From assembly GCA_030024085.1 (NCBI GenBank), contig JASEJE010000010.1, positions 24,132-88,131 on the forward strand: a DNA stretch of 64,000 nucleotides. The letters run 5' to 3'. This stretch comes from Bacillota bacterium. GTDB taxonomy: Bacteria > Bacillota > SHA-98 > UBA4971. The notes below the pieces were generated by a model, which saw nothing but the letters and a program-made list of their open reading frames with translations, was not told the origin of the DNA and made no database searches. Positions 29,960-39,931 of the stretch are shown here, one piece after another; positions within the stretch are counted from its first letter, which is position 1; each line of letters starts with the position of its first letter. The translations under genes were made by a program, and so were the position numbers.

Positions 29960-30414
29960 GGATAGTGATAGGCAGCGACCACGGAGGTTTCGACCTGAAA
30001 GAGGATATCAAGGCCTACCTGGCCGAGCTTGGCCACGAGTGCGTGGATTACGGCACACACAGCAAGGGGCCTGTGGACTACCCCGACTTCGCCTTTCTGG
30101 TGGCTGAAGCGGTGGCGAGGGGGCTTTTCGAGCGAGGCATCATCGTTGATGGCGCGGGCGTCGGTTCCGCCATTGCGGCGAACAAGGTGCCGGGCGTGAG
30201 ATGCGCTCCTTGCCAGGACATATACACGGCCAGGAACAGCCGTGAACACAACGACGCCAACGTTCTCGCCTTGGGCGACAGGGTCATAGGCAAGGGCGTG
30301 GCGAGGGAGATCGTGAAGGTGTGGCTTGCCACTGAGTTCGCAGGGGGAAGACACCTGCGCCGCGTGGACAAGATCATGGAGATCGAGCGGAGGTTCCTTT
30401 CGAGAGGCGACTAA
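29956..30414 (+). CDS. rpiB: RpiB/LacAB-family sugar-phosphate isomerase
   Basis: GSDHGG, DYPDFA, AANKVPGVR, REHNDANVL, F.GGRH.RRV. The catalytic loop reads DGAG rather than CGTG. Confidence 0.9.
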   Translation: MRIVIGSDHGGFDLKEDIKAYLAELGHECVDYGTHSKGPVDYPDFAFLVAEAVARGLFERGIIVDGAGVGSAIAANKVPGVRCAPCQDIYTARNSREHNDANVLALGDRVIGKGVAREIVKVWLATEFAGGRHLRRVDKIMEIERRFLSRGD

Positions 30415-30611
30415 AGCCAGGCAAGCGTGAGCGGCTGAGCGGGCAACGAGACGGGCGGCCGAAGGGGAAGCAGGCAAGCGAACGGACGGACCGGGAGGCG
30501 GGCAGGCGAGTGAGTGTAGACGGGTGAGGCGCTGTCCCGGACCGAGACCAGCGGGACGATGCCCGGGCGGGACGCCGCCGGCGGGCGGCGTAGACCGGGG
30601 GCTGGTGTGAG

Positions 30612-30905
30612 GTGATTGCCCTGTTCATAGCGAGAGTGGTTGGGAAGGTAGTCGCTACTCGCAAGGACGAGAAACTGGAAGGCATAAAGCTGCTCATCAT
30701 CGAGCCGCTGAAACGGGACGGCACCCCCTGTGGCAAGCCGCTGGTTGCCGTGGACAGCGTGGGTGCGGGCGCAGGTGAGATAGTGCATGCGGTGAAAGGG
30801 AGAGAAGCGTCGCTTCCTCTTCCAAGGGCGGGCGCTCCGGTTGATGTGGCGATCGTGGGGATAGTGGACCGCCCGGATGCTGGTGAACCCAGGTCCTGTT
30901 GCTAG
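30612..30905 (+). CDS. BMC pentamer (EutN/CcmL family)
   Basis: VVGKVVATRKDEKL.G.KLL...VAVDSVGAGAGE...PVDVAIVGIVD. Confidence 0.94.
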   Translation: MIALFIARVVGKVVATRKDEKLEGIKLLIIEPLKRDGTPCGKPLVAVDSVGAGAGEIVHAVKGREASLPLPRAGAPVDVAIVGIVDRPDAGEPRSCC

Positions 30906-30997
30906 GCAGGGGGCGCCCGGCGCGGGGCGAGGCGTCATGATGTGGCTTCCCGGTTGACCCGGTGTGGCCGGGTGGCTGACACGCTTGAGGTGGGGCT

Positions 30998-31285
30998 GTG
31001 GTAATCGGCAGGGTAGTCGGGTCGGTTGTGGCGACCCAGAAGAACCAAAGTTTTGTCGGGTCCAAGATGCTCCTCGTGCAGCCTCTGGATCTCGACGGGA
31101 ATGATTACGGCCAGGAAATCCTGGCTATCGACACACAGGACGCGGGGCCCGGCGACATCGTTCTGGTCGTGAGCGAAGGCAATTCCGCACGACAGGCCAT
31201 GGGGAAGAGCGACGCGCCTGTGGACTCGGTCATCATCGGGGTCGTTGACATCGTTCGCATATCTCGGCGCTTCGAAGGGAGGTAG
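30998..31285 (+). CDS. BMC pentamer (EutN/CcmL family)
   Basis: VVGSVVATQK...KMLLVQP...AID...AGPGD.VL...EGNSAR...PVDSVIIGVVD. Confidence 0.94.
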   Translation: MVIGRVVGSVVATQKNQSFVGSKMLLVQPLDLDGNDYGQEILAIDTQDAGPGDIVLVVSEGNSARQAMGKSDAPVDSVIIGVVDIVRISRRFEGR

Positions 31286-31339
31286 GCCGTATCTCGCTCG
31301 GACACACAGCTTTGGCTGAGCGCGATATGGCATGGTCGA

Positions 31340-32980
31340 ATGGGAATTGACGAGTTGATCGAGAGAGTCACCGACGATGTGATAGCTGAGATGAAAAGGC
31401 GAGGCGAGATCCCAGAGGTGACAGCAAGTCAGCCGGTGGCGTCGCCGGGCCGTGCGGTTTCGTCCGCTCCGGGGTCCGCGGGTGGCCCGAGAGTGTTGGT
31501 GATCCTGGCGGGCGACAGGGCGCCACTCGAGAACGCGCTGGTCCAATTGGGACGAATCGGCGACCGCGGGCTGTCTGTCGCATGCCTCGTATCAGAGGAA
31601 ACCAGGGAGTCGTGTGGTGAGAGCACCATAACCGGGGCGCTGGGTCATGTGTCTTTCGTGGATGGGCGCGATGCCGTGGCTGCGGCCTCGTGTACCGACG
31701 TCGCGGTGGTCCCGGTGCTTCCCCTCCACGTGGCGGCGCGGGCGGCGTTGCTCACTGGGGGCGACGCAGTCACAAAGGCTGTCATCGCAGTGCTTGCGCA
31801 AGGCAAGCGAGTCTATGCCGCCGCCGATGTCTTGCAGTCGGCCGGCCAAGCCGACGGAGGAAGCACTGGGCGGGGTGGGCACAACTTCGCCCTCCGCAGG
31901 CAGGTGGACGAGTACCTCAAGAGGCTGCGCGAATACGGCATGATTGTGGTCGACTCCAAGGACCTCGGGCGTGAACTGGAGCGTGGGCTTCGCATAGTCG
32001 GGTTTGGGAACGCGGGTCCCTCGACGGGTTCGACCGCCGCGCCCCAGGTGTCCCGTGGTGCGGAGGCGGCCGCGCCGCATCGTGTTGAAAGCGGTGGGCC
32101 TGCGCTTGCCCGTGCCGAAAGCCTGCAACCCAGAGTCCTTTCTGGCGCCGCAACCGTGGCCGAGGTTCGGTCAGGGACCGGGACCGGCAGCGCGGACTCA
32201 AAGTGCTCGAGATTCTTCGGCGAGTGCTCCGCATGTGGGAAGTGCGTCCAGGAGAACCCTGATGGCACGGCCAGGATAGTCGAGGCGGGCGCATCCCGGA
32301 TCGGCGCCGCGCCCGGCGTCGGCGCAATCGCCACCGATGTGGCCGCCATGATAGATCATACGTTGTTGAAGCCTGACGCCACGAGAGACCAGATCGTCAA
32401 GCTGTGCGAAGAGGCGAAGCAATACAGCTTCGCGTCGGTGTGTGTGAACCCCGCCAACGTGAGCCTCGCCGCCAGCCTCCTCAAAGGCACACCTGTCAAG
32501 GTGTGCACTGTCATCGGCTTCCCGCTGGGGGCGACGACTCCGACCGCGAAGGCGATGGAGACACGCGATGCCATAGCGAACGGCGCGACCGAAGTGGACA
32601 TGGTCATCAACGTCGGGGCGCTCAAGTCAGGCGACTATGACCTTGTCAAGCGCGATATCGAAGCTGTGGTGGACGCGGCTCGCGGCAAGGCCATCGTCAA
32701 GGTCATCCTTGAGACGGCGCTCTTGACCGATGAGGAAAAGGTGAAGGCGTGTCTGCTCGCGAAAATCGCCGGCGCGGACTTTGTGAAGACTTCGACCGGC
32801 TTCGGCCCCGGCGGCGCGACAGTCGAAGACATCAGGCTCATGCGCAAAGTCGTCGGCAGCGACATGGGAGTGAAGGCGTCCGGTGGCATCAGGAACCTCG
32901 AGTCCGCACGCAAGATGATTGAGGCGGGAGCTTCGCGCATAGGCGCGAGCGCCAGCGTCGCGATTGTCAAGGGACAATAG
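31340..32980 (+). CDS. deoC: Deoxyribose-phosphate aldolase with a ~330-aa N-terminal extension (EP, flavoprotein-like domain, Cys motif)
   Basis: C-terminal [52 protein letters not shown]. Confidence 0.93.
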   Translation: MGIDELIERVTDDVIAEMKRRGEIPEVTASQPVASPGRAVSSAPGSAGGPRVLVILAGDRAPLENALVQLGRIGDRGLSVACLVSEETRESCGESTITGALGHVSFVDGRDAVAAASCTDVAVVPVLPLHVAARAALLTGGDAVTKAVIAVLAQGKRVYAAADVLQSAGQADGGSTGRGGHNFALRRQVDEYLKRLREYGMIVVDSKDLGRELERGLRIVGFGNAGPSTGSTAAPQVSRGAEAAAPHRVESGGPALARAESLQPRVLSGAATVAEVRSGTGTGSADSKCSRFFGECSACGKCVQENPDGTARIVEAGASRIGAAPGVGAIATDVAAMIDHTLLKPDATRDQIVKLCEEAKQYSFASVCVNPANVSLAASLLKGTPVKVCTVIGFPLGATTPTAKAMETRDAIANGATEVDMVINVGALKSGDYDLVKRDIEAVVDAARGKAIVKVILETALLTDEEKVKACLLAKIAGADFVKTSTGFGPGGATVEDIRLMRKVVGSDMGVKASGGIRNLESARKMIEAGASRIGASASVAIVKGQ

Positions 32981-33170
32981 TGAAGGGCGTCCGCGCCGGC
33001 TCAACCGCGGTCGCGTTCGACCCGGGTGGCCGCGACTGCGAGACGGACTCGAAACCCGGCACCACTCGGGACCGGCATGAGTCCTGAGTAGAGCCACACG
33101 AAACGGACTTGGGGGCCGCGATTGCCCCAACCCATTCGAACCCATCTGAGGGTGACTCAGTCCTTGCCTC

Positions 33171-33300
33171 GTTTTCGACAGTTGCCGTGTTGCCGGTGTT
33201 GCACTCGGGGAGAGCGGCCCAAGCGGGCCGCGCTTCGCCAAGACCCTGCCCATCAGGCCAGCGGCCGGGTGTTGGCACCAGTCGTGCAATCACCGGCGGG
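33171..33300 (-). mobile_element. Diverged copy of the MITE-like core
   Basis: GTTGCCGGTGTTGCACTCGGGG...GTGCAATCACCGGC, reverse complement of the copy at 61781. Confidence 0.6.
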
Positions 33301-33493
33301 CACTCCGAGGGAGCTGCAGCACCTCTACACCAGACTGTTGAACTTCCCCAGAGGCTGCCAGTTTGGCCGAGCACCGAGATGGTCTGGTGCGACTCAACCA
33401 GTGCTCGTCGGCAGGTGAATTACCCGGGGCGTCTCTGAGCGCCGACGCTTGTCAGGGAGCGAAACCTCCAATGCGCCCGACGGCCAACCCCCA

Positions 33494-34136
33494 TGTTAGC
33501 GTTTACAGCTCATAGGATATCCGCTCACCGGTTTCGGAAACCCGCGCTCCTGCTGGATCATGCCTCCCAATTTGCGTAACGCCTGTTCGAGGCCGTATGA
33601 AGGCCTCGTGTGGCTGTCGTGTGTAATCGTATGCACCAACATGAGGCCGCCAGGTGGCTTCGGGGTGCTTCCGCAGCCTTGAGGACCCGGGGCAGATGGC
33701 AAGCCCGGCTGGGCGACAGAGCGGACCTTCGTGCGGTTGCGTGCGGTTGGCGCAGCTAGAGGCGTTAGCCGGGTGCCACGGCGTACACGCGCCTACCGCA
33801 GGAGCCAATGGAAAATCGTCCGTCTCCTGCTTGACAGCATCCATATATGGTTGTATCATGTAGACGTATACACGCATTGGTCGATTTGGATCAAGGTGCG
33901 CCCGCCCCGCACGAGTAGCTGGAGCATCCAGCGGACGCGCTTGTTGACGGGATCGTCACCCGAGCTATGGGTGGGGCGCGAATGCGGACAAGCGAAAAGC
34001 CCATGAACGCTGCGTGAAGACCTCAGGCGCATGTGGGCCCGTATGGGTCTTCGAACGGTGGTGTGCCGTGGTCAGCACGCTGCGCGCATGGAGCTGGAGG
34101 CACTTGGCGGCTTCGGAAGCCATGTAAGCGTATACA
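33494..34136 (+). promoter_or_regulatory. sigA promoter plus three LacI/cre-like operators
   Basis: TTGACA-N17-TATCAT (33831-33859). Operators TGTTAGCGTTTACA (33494-33507), TGTAGACGTATACA (33859-33872), TGTAAGCGTATACA (34123-34136). Confidence 0.7.
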
Positions 34137-34156
34137 ATTGACGGGGGAAATGTGCA

Positions 34157-35170
34157 TTGAATCAGCGAGATATCGCGCGCATCGCAGGAGTCTCCACGGC
34201 AACGGTGTCGAGAGTGATCAACCAAAAGGGCAACGTCGATCGTGACACGTACGCAAAGGTCCTGAAGGTCATCGAAGAACAGGGATACGTGCCCAACACC
34301 ATAGCGAAAAGCCTAAGGGTGCGGCAGACGAAGACGATCGGCTTTGTCATCCCCGACATCGGCAACCCGTTCTTCCCCGAGGTCCTCAAGGGTGTCGAAT
34401 CGGTGTGCGTGCAGCACGGGTACAACATTATCCTCGGGAATACGAACGAGGACGTGGAGACGGAGAGGTCGGTCGTCCGAAACCTGCGTCAGCAGAGAGT
34501 TGACGGACTACTCATGATCCTGGTCGATGAGCGGGGAGAAACGCTTCGTTGGGGGCTGAGGGGAGCGGAAGGGCGGTTTCCCATCGTATTCATCGACCGG
34601 CACATCAAAGGCTTCCAGTACGACTCAGTGGTAATCGACAATGAGGGCGGTGCATTCCAAGCCACCGACTACCTCCTGCGACTGGGTCACAGAAGAATCG
34701 CCATGATACACGGCCCTGTGACCATGACGCCCGGCGGCGGCCGTTTGAGGGGGTACCTTGAGGCGATGCGTGCATGGGGAGTCGAGGTAGTGGCAGAGTA
34801 CGTAAGAGAAGGCGACTTCCGAACAAAGTCAGGTTACGAACTGGCCAAGCACCTCATGTCTCTGCCTGTTCCGCCGACGGCCATCTTCGGCGGGAACAAC
34901 TTGATGACCATGGGCATCTTTGAAGCCCTTCGCGACATGGGGATCGCCGTTCCTGACCAGGTATCTCTCGTCGGATTCGATGACTTCCTCTTGGGAGCAT
35001 ACCTCAGTCCACCGCTCACAGTGGTGGACCGTCCGATGTCTGATATGGGGCGGATAGCCGCCGAATTGCTCATCTCCCGGATAGAGAATCGCGACCAAAC
35101 CGCAGTCCGCAAGGTTGTCTTGCCGACAGCTTTGAGGATAAGGCAGTCATGTAGAGAGCCTCAATCGTAG
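34157..35170 (+). CDS. LacI-family transcriptional regulator
   Basis: DIARIAGVSTATVSRVIN, Y.PN..AKSL, IPDIGNPFF, VPDQVSLVGFDD. Confidence 0.96.
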   Translation: MNQRDIARIAGVSTATVSRVINQKGNVDRDTYAKVLKVIEEQGYVPNTIAKSLRVRQTKTIGFVIPDIGNPFFPEVLKGVESVCVQHGYNIILGNTNEDVETERSVVRNLRQQRVDGLLMILVDERGETLRWGLRGAEGRFPIVFIDRHIKGFQYDSVVIDNEGGAFQATDYLLRLGHRRIAMIHGPVTMTPGGGRLRGYLEAMRAWGVEVVAEYVREGDFRTKSGYELAKHLMSLPVPPTAIFGGNNLMTMGIFEALRDMGIAVPDQVSLVGFDDFLLGAYLSPPLTVVDRPMSDMGRIAAELLISRIENRDQTAVRKVVLPTALRIRQSCREPQS

Positions 35171-35356
35171 CAGCACCACGAGATCGAGGGAGGAGGTGTC
35201 TTCCGGAGAGCAGACCGCAGTTCGGTAGAACCCGGTAATCCTCTTGAGCGCATGGATTCCGTACGCGTTGTCTCCATCGGGAAACGTTTCCTGTTGCGAT
35301 GCTTGAAGGCTTGGGAATGGGTAACGAATCGGTACCATGATTGGAGGCTTGCAGAC

Positions 35357-35881
35357 GTGAATGTGAGAGAGGTTAGCGTGAGGGTTCTCTATCCCACCGA
35401 GCACAACTTCAAGGCGTTTGGCAGACTCATCAAGCTGCCGAGCGCATCACCTTCCGTGTCCGCCAGTGGAGTGTTGGATTACTGGGATCAAGTCGCAAAC
35501 CTTGAGCTTGACGGTGGCCAGGCAGAATTGGGATTTCTCGTGACGAAGCGGCGTCCCTTCGAGTTCAACACCATGGAAAGGCACGTCAAGAGCGATGAGG
35601 CTTTCATTCCTCTTGAAGGCAAAGCCTGCATATTCGCTCTCGCGCCTGCTTCAGCCCGGTCAAGTCCTCAGCAACTACCAGATCCTTCTCAGGTGACCGC
35701 GTTCATTCTCGACGGCTCGTTCGGTGCGAACCTGAACGCCGGAGTGTGGCATTGGGCTCCATTCCCCCTTTCGGACAGCATCAGCTTTGTTCTGGCCCTG
35801 CGCAGGGGAACTGTTGAAGAAGACATAGACCTGCGCGATTTCACGAAAGAGCTTGGTGTCACGTTCAAACTCGCGTTGTAA
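35357..35881 (+). CDS. Ureidoglycolate lyase (AllA)-like cupin
   Basis: NF.AFG.LI, MERH...DEAFIPL, AF...G..GANL.AGVWH..PFPL. GTG start after GGAGG. Confidence 0.75.
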   Translation: MNVREVSVRVLYPTEHNFKAFGRLIKLPSASPSVSASGVLDYWDQVANLELDGGQAELGFLVTKRRPFEFNTMERHVKSDEAFIPLEGKACIFALAPASARSSPQQLPDPSQVTAFILDGSFGANLNAGVWHWAPFPLSDSISFVLALRRGTVEEDIDLRDFTKELGVTFKLAL

Positions 35882-35924
35882 CAGGCTTGGGGTGGTGAAT
35901 CCACTCTGGATAGGAGTTGGGACA

Positions 35925-37019
35925 ATGGCTGAGGTTGTCCTTAAGAACGTCGTCAAGAGGTACGGGGAGCTCGAGGCCGTCTCGAACGTGTCATTCGAAT
36001 GCAGGAATGGGGAGTTCCTCGTATTGCTCGGGCCGTCCGGCGCGGGCAAGACCTCAACACTGAAGATGATTGCGGGTCTTGAGAAGATCACCTCGGGCCA
36101 GGTTTTCATCGGAGGGCGAGAGGTCAATGGCCTGGAACCCCGCCAGCGACGTGTCGCCATGGTGTTTGAGAACTATGCCTTGTATCCCCATCTATCCGTA
36201 TTCGACAATATCGCCTCACCTCTCAAAGCTGCCGGTGTGGCTCCTGGAGACATCGAAGCCCGGGTAAAGCATGTGGCCAAGATGCTGCAGATAGAGCAGT
36301 TGTTGGACCGCAGACCAGCTCACCTGAGTGGAGGGCAGCAACAGAGAGTATCCTTCGGCAGGGCGTTGGCCAAAGAGGCGGACGTGTACCTGATGGATGA
36401 ACCCCTCTCGCACTTGGATGCGAAACTGAGGCATGAGACGAGAGGGGAGTTGAAGAGACTCCACGGCGAGCTCGGAACGTCCACGATCTACGTAACGCAC
36501 GACTTTCGAGAGGCGCTGGCCCTGGCCGACCGGGTGGTCGTCCTGGATAAGGGATCGATCCAGCAAATAGGAACCCCAGCCGAGGTATACGACCAACCTG
36601 CCAATGACTTTGTTGCGGATCTCATCGGAGAGCCGCCCATGAATCTGATCGGCTGCGTGGCCACGCAGCTTGACGGATCGCTGTGTTTCGCATCAGACGC
36701 CTTTTCCCTGCGAGTGCCGTCGCATGCAGTGGACTGCGTTCGGGGAATGACTCTTCCGAGGCAGGTGCGGATCGGAATCCGGCCGACGCACATAACCGTG
36801 GAGCTTCGCCCTGCCGGGGAAGACTCGGTGAGAGCAGAGGTCTACGTTCTTGAGCCGCTTGGCGCACTGAGCATACTCACTGTGAAGCTCGGAGCCGACC
36901 TCGTGAAAATCCGGGTGCCCGAGGACTTCAGTGCCGAGATTGGGGATCAGGTGTGGCTGAGGTTTGCGGAGGAAAAGATCCGCGTTTTCGATGCGGAATC
37001 CGGACACCGGCTCGTGTGA
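35925..37019 (+). CDS. CUT1 (MalK-like) ABC ATPase
   Basis: GPSGAGKTS, YALYPH, LSGGQQQR, MDEPLSHLDA, C-terminal TOBE-like region. Confidence 0.94.
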   Translation: MAEVVLKNVVKRYGELEAVSNVSFECRNGEFLVLLGPSGAGKTSTLKMIAGLEKITSGQVFIGGREVNGLEPRQRRVAMVFENYALYPHLSVFDNIASPLKAAGVAPGDIEARVKHVAKMLQIEQLLDRRPAHLSGGQQQRVSFGRALAKEADVYLMDEPLSHLDAKLRHETRGELKRLHGELGTSTIYVTHDFREALALADRVVVLDKGSIQQIGTPAEVYDQPANDFVADLIGEPPMNLIGCVATQLDGSLCFASDAFSLRVPSHAVDCVRGMTLPRQVRIGIRPTHITVELRPAGEDSVRAEVYVLEPLGALSILTVKLGADLVKIRVPEDFSAEIGDQVWLRFAEEKIRVFDAESGHRLV

Positions 37020-37067
37020 ACATGGGTGCTGAGGGGGCCGACTTGCGCGGATTGTCGTGAGGGAGAG

Positions 37068-38171
37068 ATGGCAATGGGAGTTGTCGTCCTGCAGAATGTG
37101 TGGAAGAAGTACGGGGACGTTGAGGCGGTGAAGAACCTCAACCTCGAGTGCAAGGAGGGCGAGTTCCTAGCGCTCCTCGGCCCGTCAGGATGTGGAAAGA
37201 GTTCGACCTTGAGAATGATAGCAGGCCTCGAAAGGATCACACTAGGGTCGATCTTCATCGACGGACGGGAAGTCAACGCCTTGGAACCCCGGCAGAGAGA
37301 CATCGCCATGGCATTTGAAGCGTACGCTCTGTACCCGCACTTGACCGCTTACGAGAACATCGCCTTTCCCTTGCGCGTGAGAGGGATGAGAGAGCAAGAA
37401 GTGGACAGGCGAGTCAGAGAGATCGCTGATACGTTGGACATAGGCAACATCTTGGATCGCCTTCCGAGGCACCTGAGCGGGGGCCAGCAACAGCGGATTT
37501 CGTTCGCTCGAGCCATGGTTCGCCCCGCCCGCGTGTACCTGATGGATGAGCCGCTTTCGCACCTGGACGCGAAACAGAGAAGCCAACTGAGGAGCGAACT
37601 GAAACGCCTCCATCGTTTCAAGGGGCTCACCATAGTGTTTGTGACCCATGACCAGATCGAGGCTATGGCCATGGCTGACAGGATCGCTGTGATGAACCTG
37701 GGTGTCCTGCAGCAGGTCGGAACCCCGCTGGAAGTGTTCAACCATCCCAAGAACCTGTTTGTTGCGAATTTCGTTGGCGAGCCGCCGATCAATCTGCTAT
37801 CCGTCACGGTCCGACAGGAGGGGCAAGACATCTTGTTCACTGGGGACGGTTTCATGATTGCAATGCGTGACGGAAGGCTTGCCGCAGCAGCGGCGAAGCT
37901 GTCAACGTCAAAGGGCGTCCTCGGTATACGCCCCATGCACATCGCGCTGCATCGCGAGAGTGTGTCACCACATTCAATCCCGGGGAATGTCACTTTGTAT
38001 GAAGGACTGGGGGACACCGCAGTAGTCACCGTTCAGGTGGGCGGGAACGCTGTGCGCGTCGAGACATCCCCCGACGTATCCGTCAGCATCGGAGAGAGAG
38101 TGTTCCTCCAGTTCAGCGCTGCGCACGTGCACTTGTTTGACCAGGATACGGGGGAGAATCTCCTCCATTAG
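37068..38171 (+). CDS. Second CUT1 (MalK-like) ABC ATPase
   Basis: GPSGCGKSS, LSGGQQQR, MDEPLSHLDA, VTHDQ.EAM. Confidence 0.94.
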   Translation: MAMGVVVLQNVWKKYGDVEAVKNLNLECKEGEFLALLGPSGCGKSSTLRMIAGLERITLGSIFIDGREVNALEPRQRDIAMAFEAYALYPHLTAYENIAFPLRVRGMREQEVDRRVREIADTLDIGNILDRLPRHLSGGQQQRISFARAMVRPARVYLMDEPLSHLDAKQRSQLRSELKRLHRFKGLTIVFVTHDQIEAMAMADRIAVMNLGVLQQVGTPLEVFNHPKNLFVANFVGEPPINLLSVTVRQEGQDILFTGDGFMIAMRDGRLAAAAAKLSTSKGVLGIRPMHIALHRESVSPHSIPGNVTLYEGLGDTAVVTVQVGGNAVRVETSPDVSVSIGERVFLQFSAAHVHLFDQDTGENLLH

Positions 38172-38380
38172 CCGGATGGACCTGGTGTTTCATGGTACCA
38201 ACCTTGTGTCGCACATCGTCACCCGTAAAGCACCGGGAAGCAGGCTCTCAGTCGTCAAGCGGCTTCAGCAGGGGAGGTGACAGAGGGGCGCGAGGACAGA
38301 AGCGGAGGTACCGCGAGAACGAGGTGTCTGTGACTGGTGGCAAGAACTACCTGAGACTTTCATCTGGGAGGGTGAGAAGA

Positions 38381-39838
38381 ATGCTGAGGATATCCCGAAG
38401 ATTTGCGCTTGTTGTCGTGACGATGCTTGCCATTTCCCTCCTATCTCTCGGTGGAATCGCTGCAGGGCAGTCCCGTAAGCCTTTCGAGGGTATCAAGATC
38501 GTGGTCTTCGGCGACGCCGGGCAGAACCTCAAGCCGTTTGAATGGTACAAGGACAAGATAAAGGAAGAATCGGGAATTGTCATCGATCAAGTGGTGGGTG
38601 TGCCGTTCACAAGCGTATACGAGAAGCTCAAGACCGAATTCGTGGCTCAGACGGGAGCCTACGACGTAGTCGTTTTCTACCCGGCTTACCTCGGTGAATT
38701 TGCGGGTCTCGGGTATCTGATGCCGCTCGATGATTTCGCGAAGAAGTACGATCCCAAGCTCGATGATGTGTCGACCGGCGTGAGGGAGCTGAACTGCAAG
38801 TACGGAGGCAAACTTTATGCACTCCCATATGACGGAGACGTTCTCAACCTATACTACCGCAAGGATCTGTTCAACAACGCTACCGAGAAAGCCAACTTCA
38901 AGAAACAGTTCGGCCGAGACTTGAAGGTTCCGGAAACGTGGGAGGAGTTCCTCGACATAGCCAAGTTCTTCACCCGTAAGAAAGGCGACAAGCTGGCAGG
39001 GGAGACACTGAAGGAAGACTTCTATGGCTCAGCCGAACTGGCGGCCCGGGGTTTCTCATACGCATGGTGGCTTGCCAGGTTTGGGAGCCTGGGAGGGGTG
39101 TACTTCGATGAGGACATGAAACCCCTCATAAACAGCGAGAAGGGAGTAAAGGCCCTTGAGCTGTTCAAGGAAAGCCTGAAGTACTCTCCGCCTGACGTCA
39201 TGGCGTACGGTTACGAGGAACTGAAGAACGCCTACCTGGAAGGCAAGGTCGCGATGGTCATCCAGTGGTCAGACATTCAGAAGAAAGCCCAAGACCCCAG
39301 GATCTCCAAGATAGAGAATCGTTCCGGCATCGCGGCTGTCCCGGGCAGCAGGGTGGGGGACAAGATAGTCCGTTCGGCGCCGATGCCTGTGGGCCGGGTC
39401 CTCGCGATACCCAGAACGGCGAGACATCCTGAGGCTGCATATTGGGTGGCCAGGTATCTCTCTGTTGAAACCAGCTTGCATGACGTGTCTTCGTCTGAGA
39501 CTGGCTTGGACCCGTACCGGAAGTCCCACTACGCGAACCCGAAGAGCTTCGCAGCGCTCTTGGGCAACGAGGAGGCGGCGAAAGAGTACCTGGACATTGT
39601 CGCCGTGAACCTCGAGAATGCCTATCCCGAACTCAACATCCCAGGCGCAGGTAACTACCAGGACGTGCTCGACTTGTATATCAACCGCGCCCTGAGCGGC
39701 GAGATGACTCCAAAGGCTGCCCTTGATGCCGTGGCCAAGGAATGGGATCAGATCACGAAGAAACTTGGGGCGGCAAGGCAGAAGGAGATATACCTGAAAG
39801 CTGTTGAGACCTGGAAGGCGCTCGGGATCTGGCAGTAA
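38381..39838 (+). CDS. CUT1 ABC extracellular solute-binding protein
   Basis: Signal peptide; YALPYDGD..NLYYRKDLF, PETWEEF, GKVAM.IQW. Confidence 0.9.
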   Translation: MLRISRRFALVVVTMLAISLLSLGGIAAGQSRKPFEGIKIVVFGDAGQNLKPFEWYKDKIKEESGIVIDQVVGVPFTSVYEKLKTEFVAQTGAYDVVVFYPAYLGEFAGLGYLMPLDDFAKKYDPKLDDVSTGVRELNCKYGGKLYALPYDGDVLNLYYRKDLFNNATEKANFKKQFGRDLKVPETWEEFLDIAKFFTRKKGDKLAGETLKEDFYGSAELAARGFSYAWWLARFGSLGGVYFDEDMKPLINSEKGVKALELFKESLKYSPPDVMAYGYEELKNAYLEGKVAMVIQWSDIQKKAQDPRISKIENRSGIAAVPGSRVGDKIVRSAPMPVGRVLAIPRTARHPEAAYWVARYLSVETSLHDVSSSETGLDPYRKSHYANPKSFAALLGNEEAAKEYLDIVAVNLENAYPELNIPGAGNYQDVLDLYINRALSGEMTPKAALDAVAKEWDQITKKLGAARQKEIYLKAVETWKALGIWQ

Positions 39839-39931
39839 CGAGAGACCTTGGTGGGGCCGCTCTCGTTTGAGTGGCCCCACCAACAGCCCAAGAGTATGTG
39901 GTGGTCGACTGCGGAAAGGAGATGCCGACGG

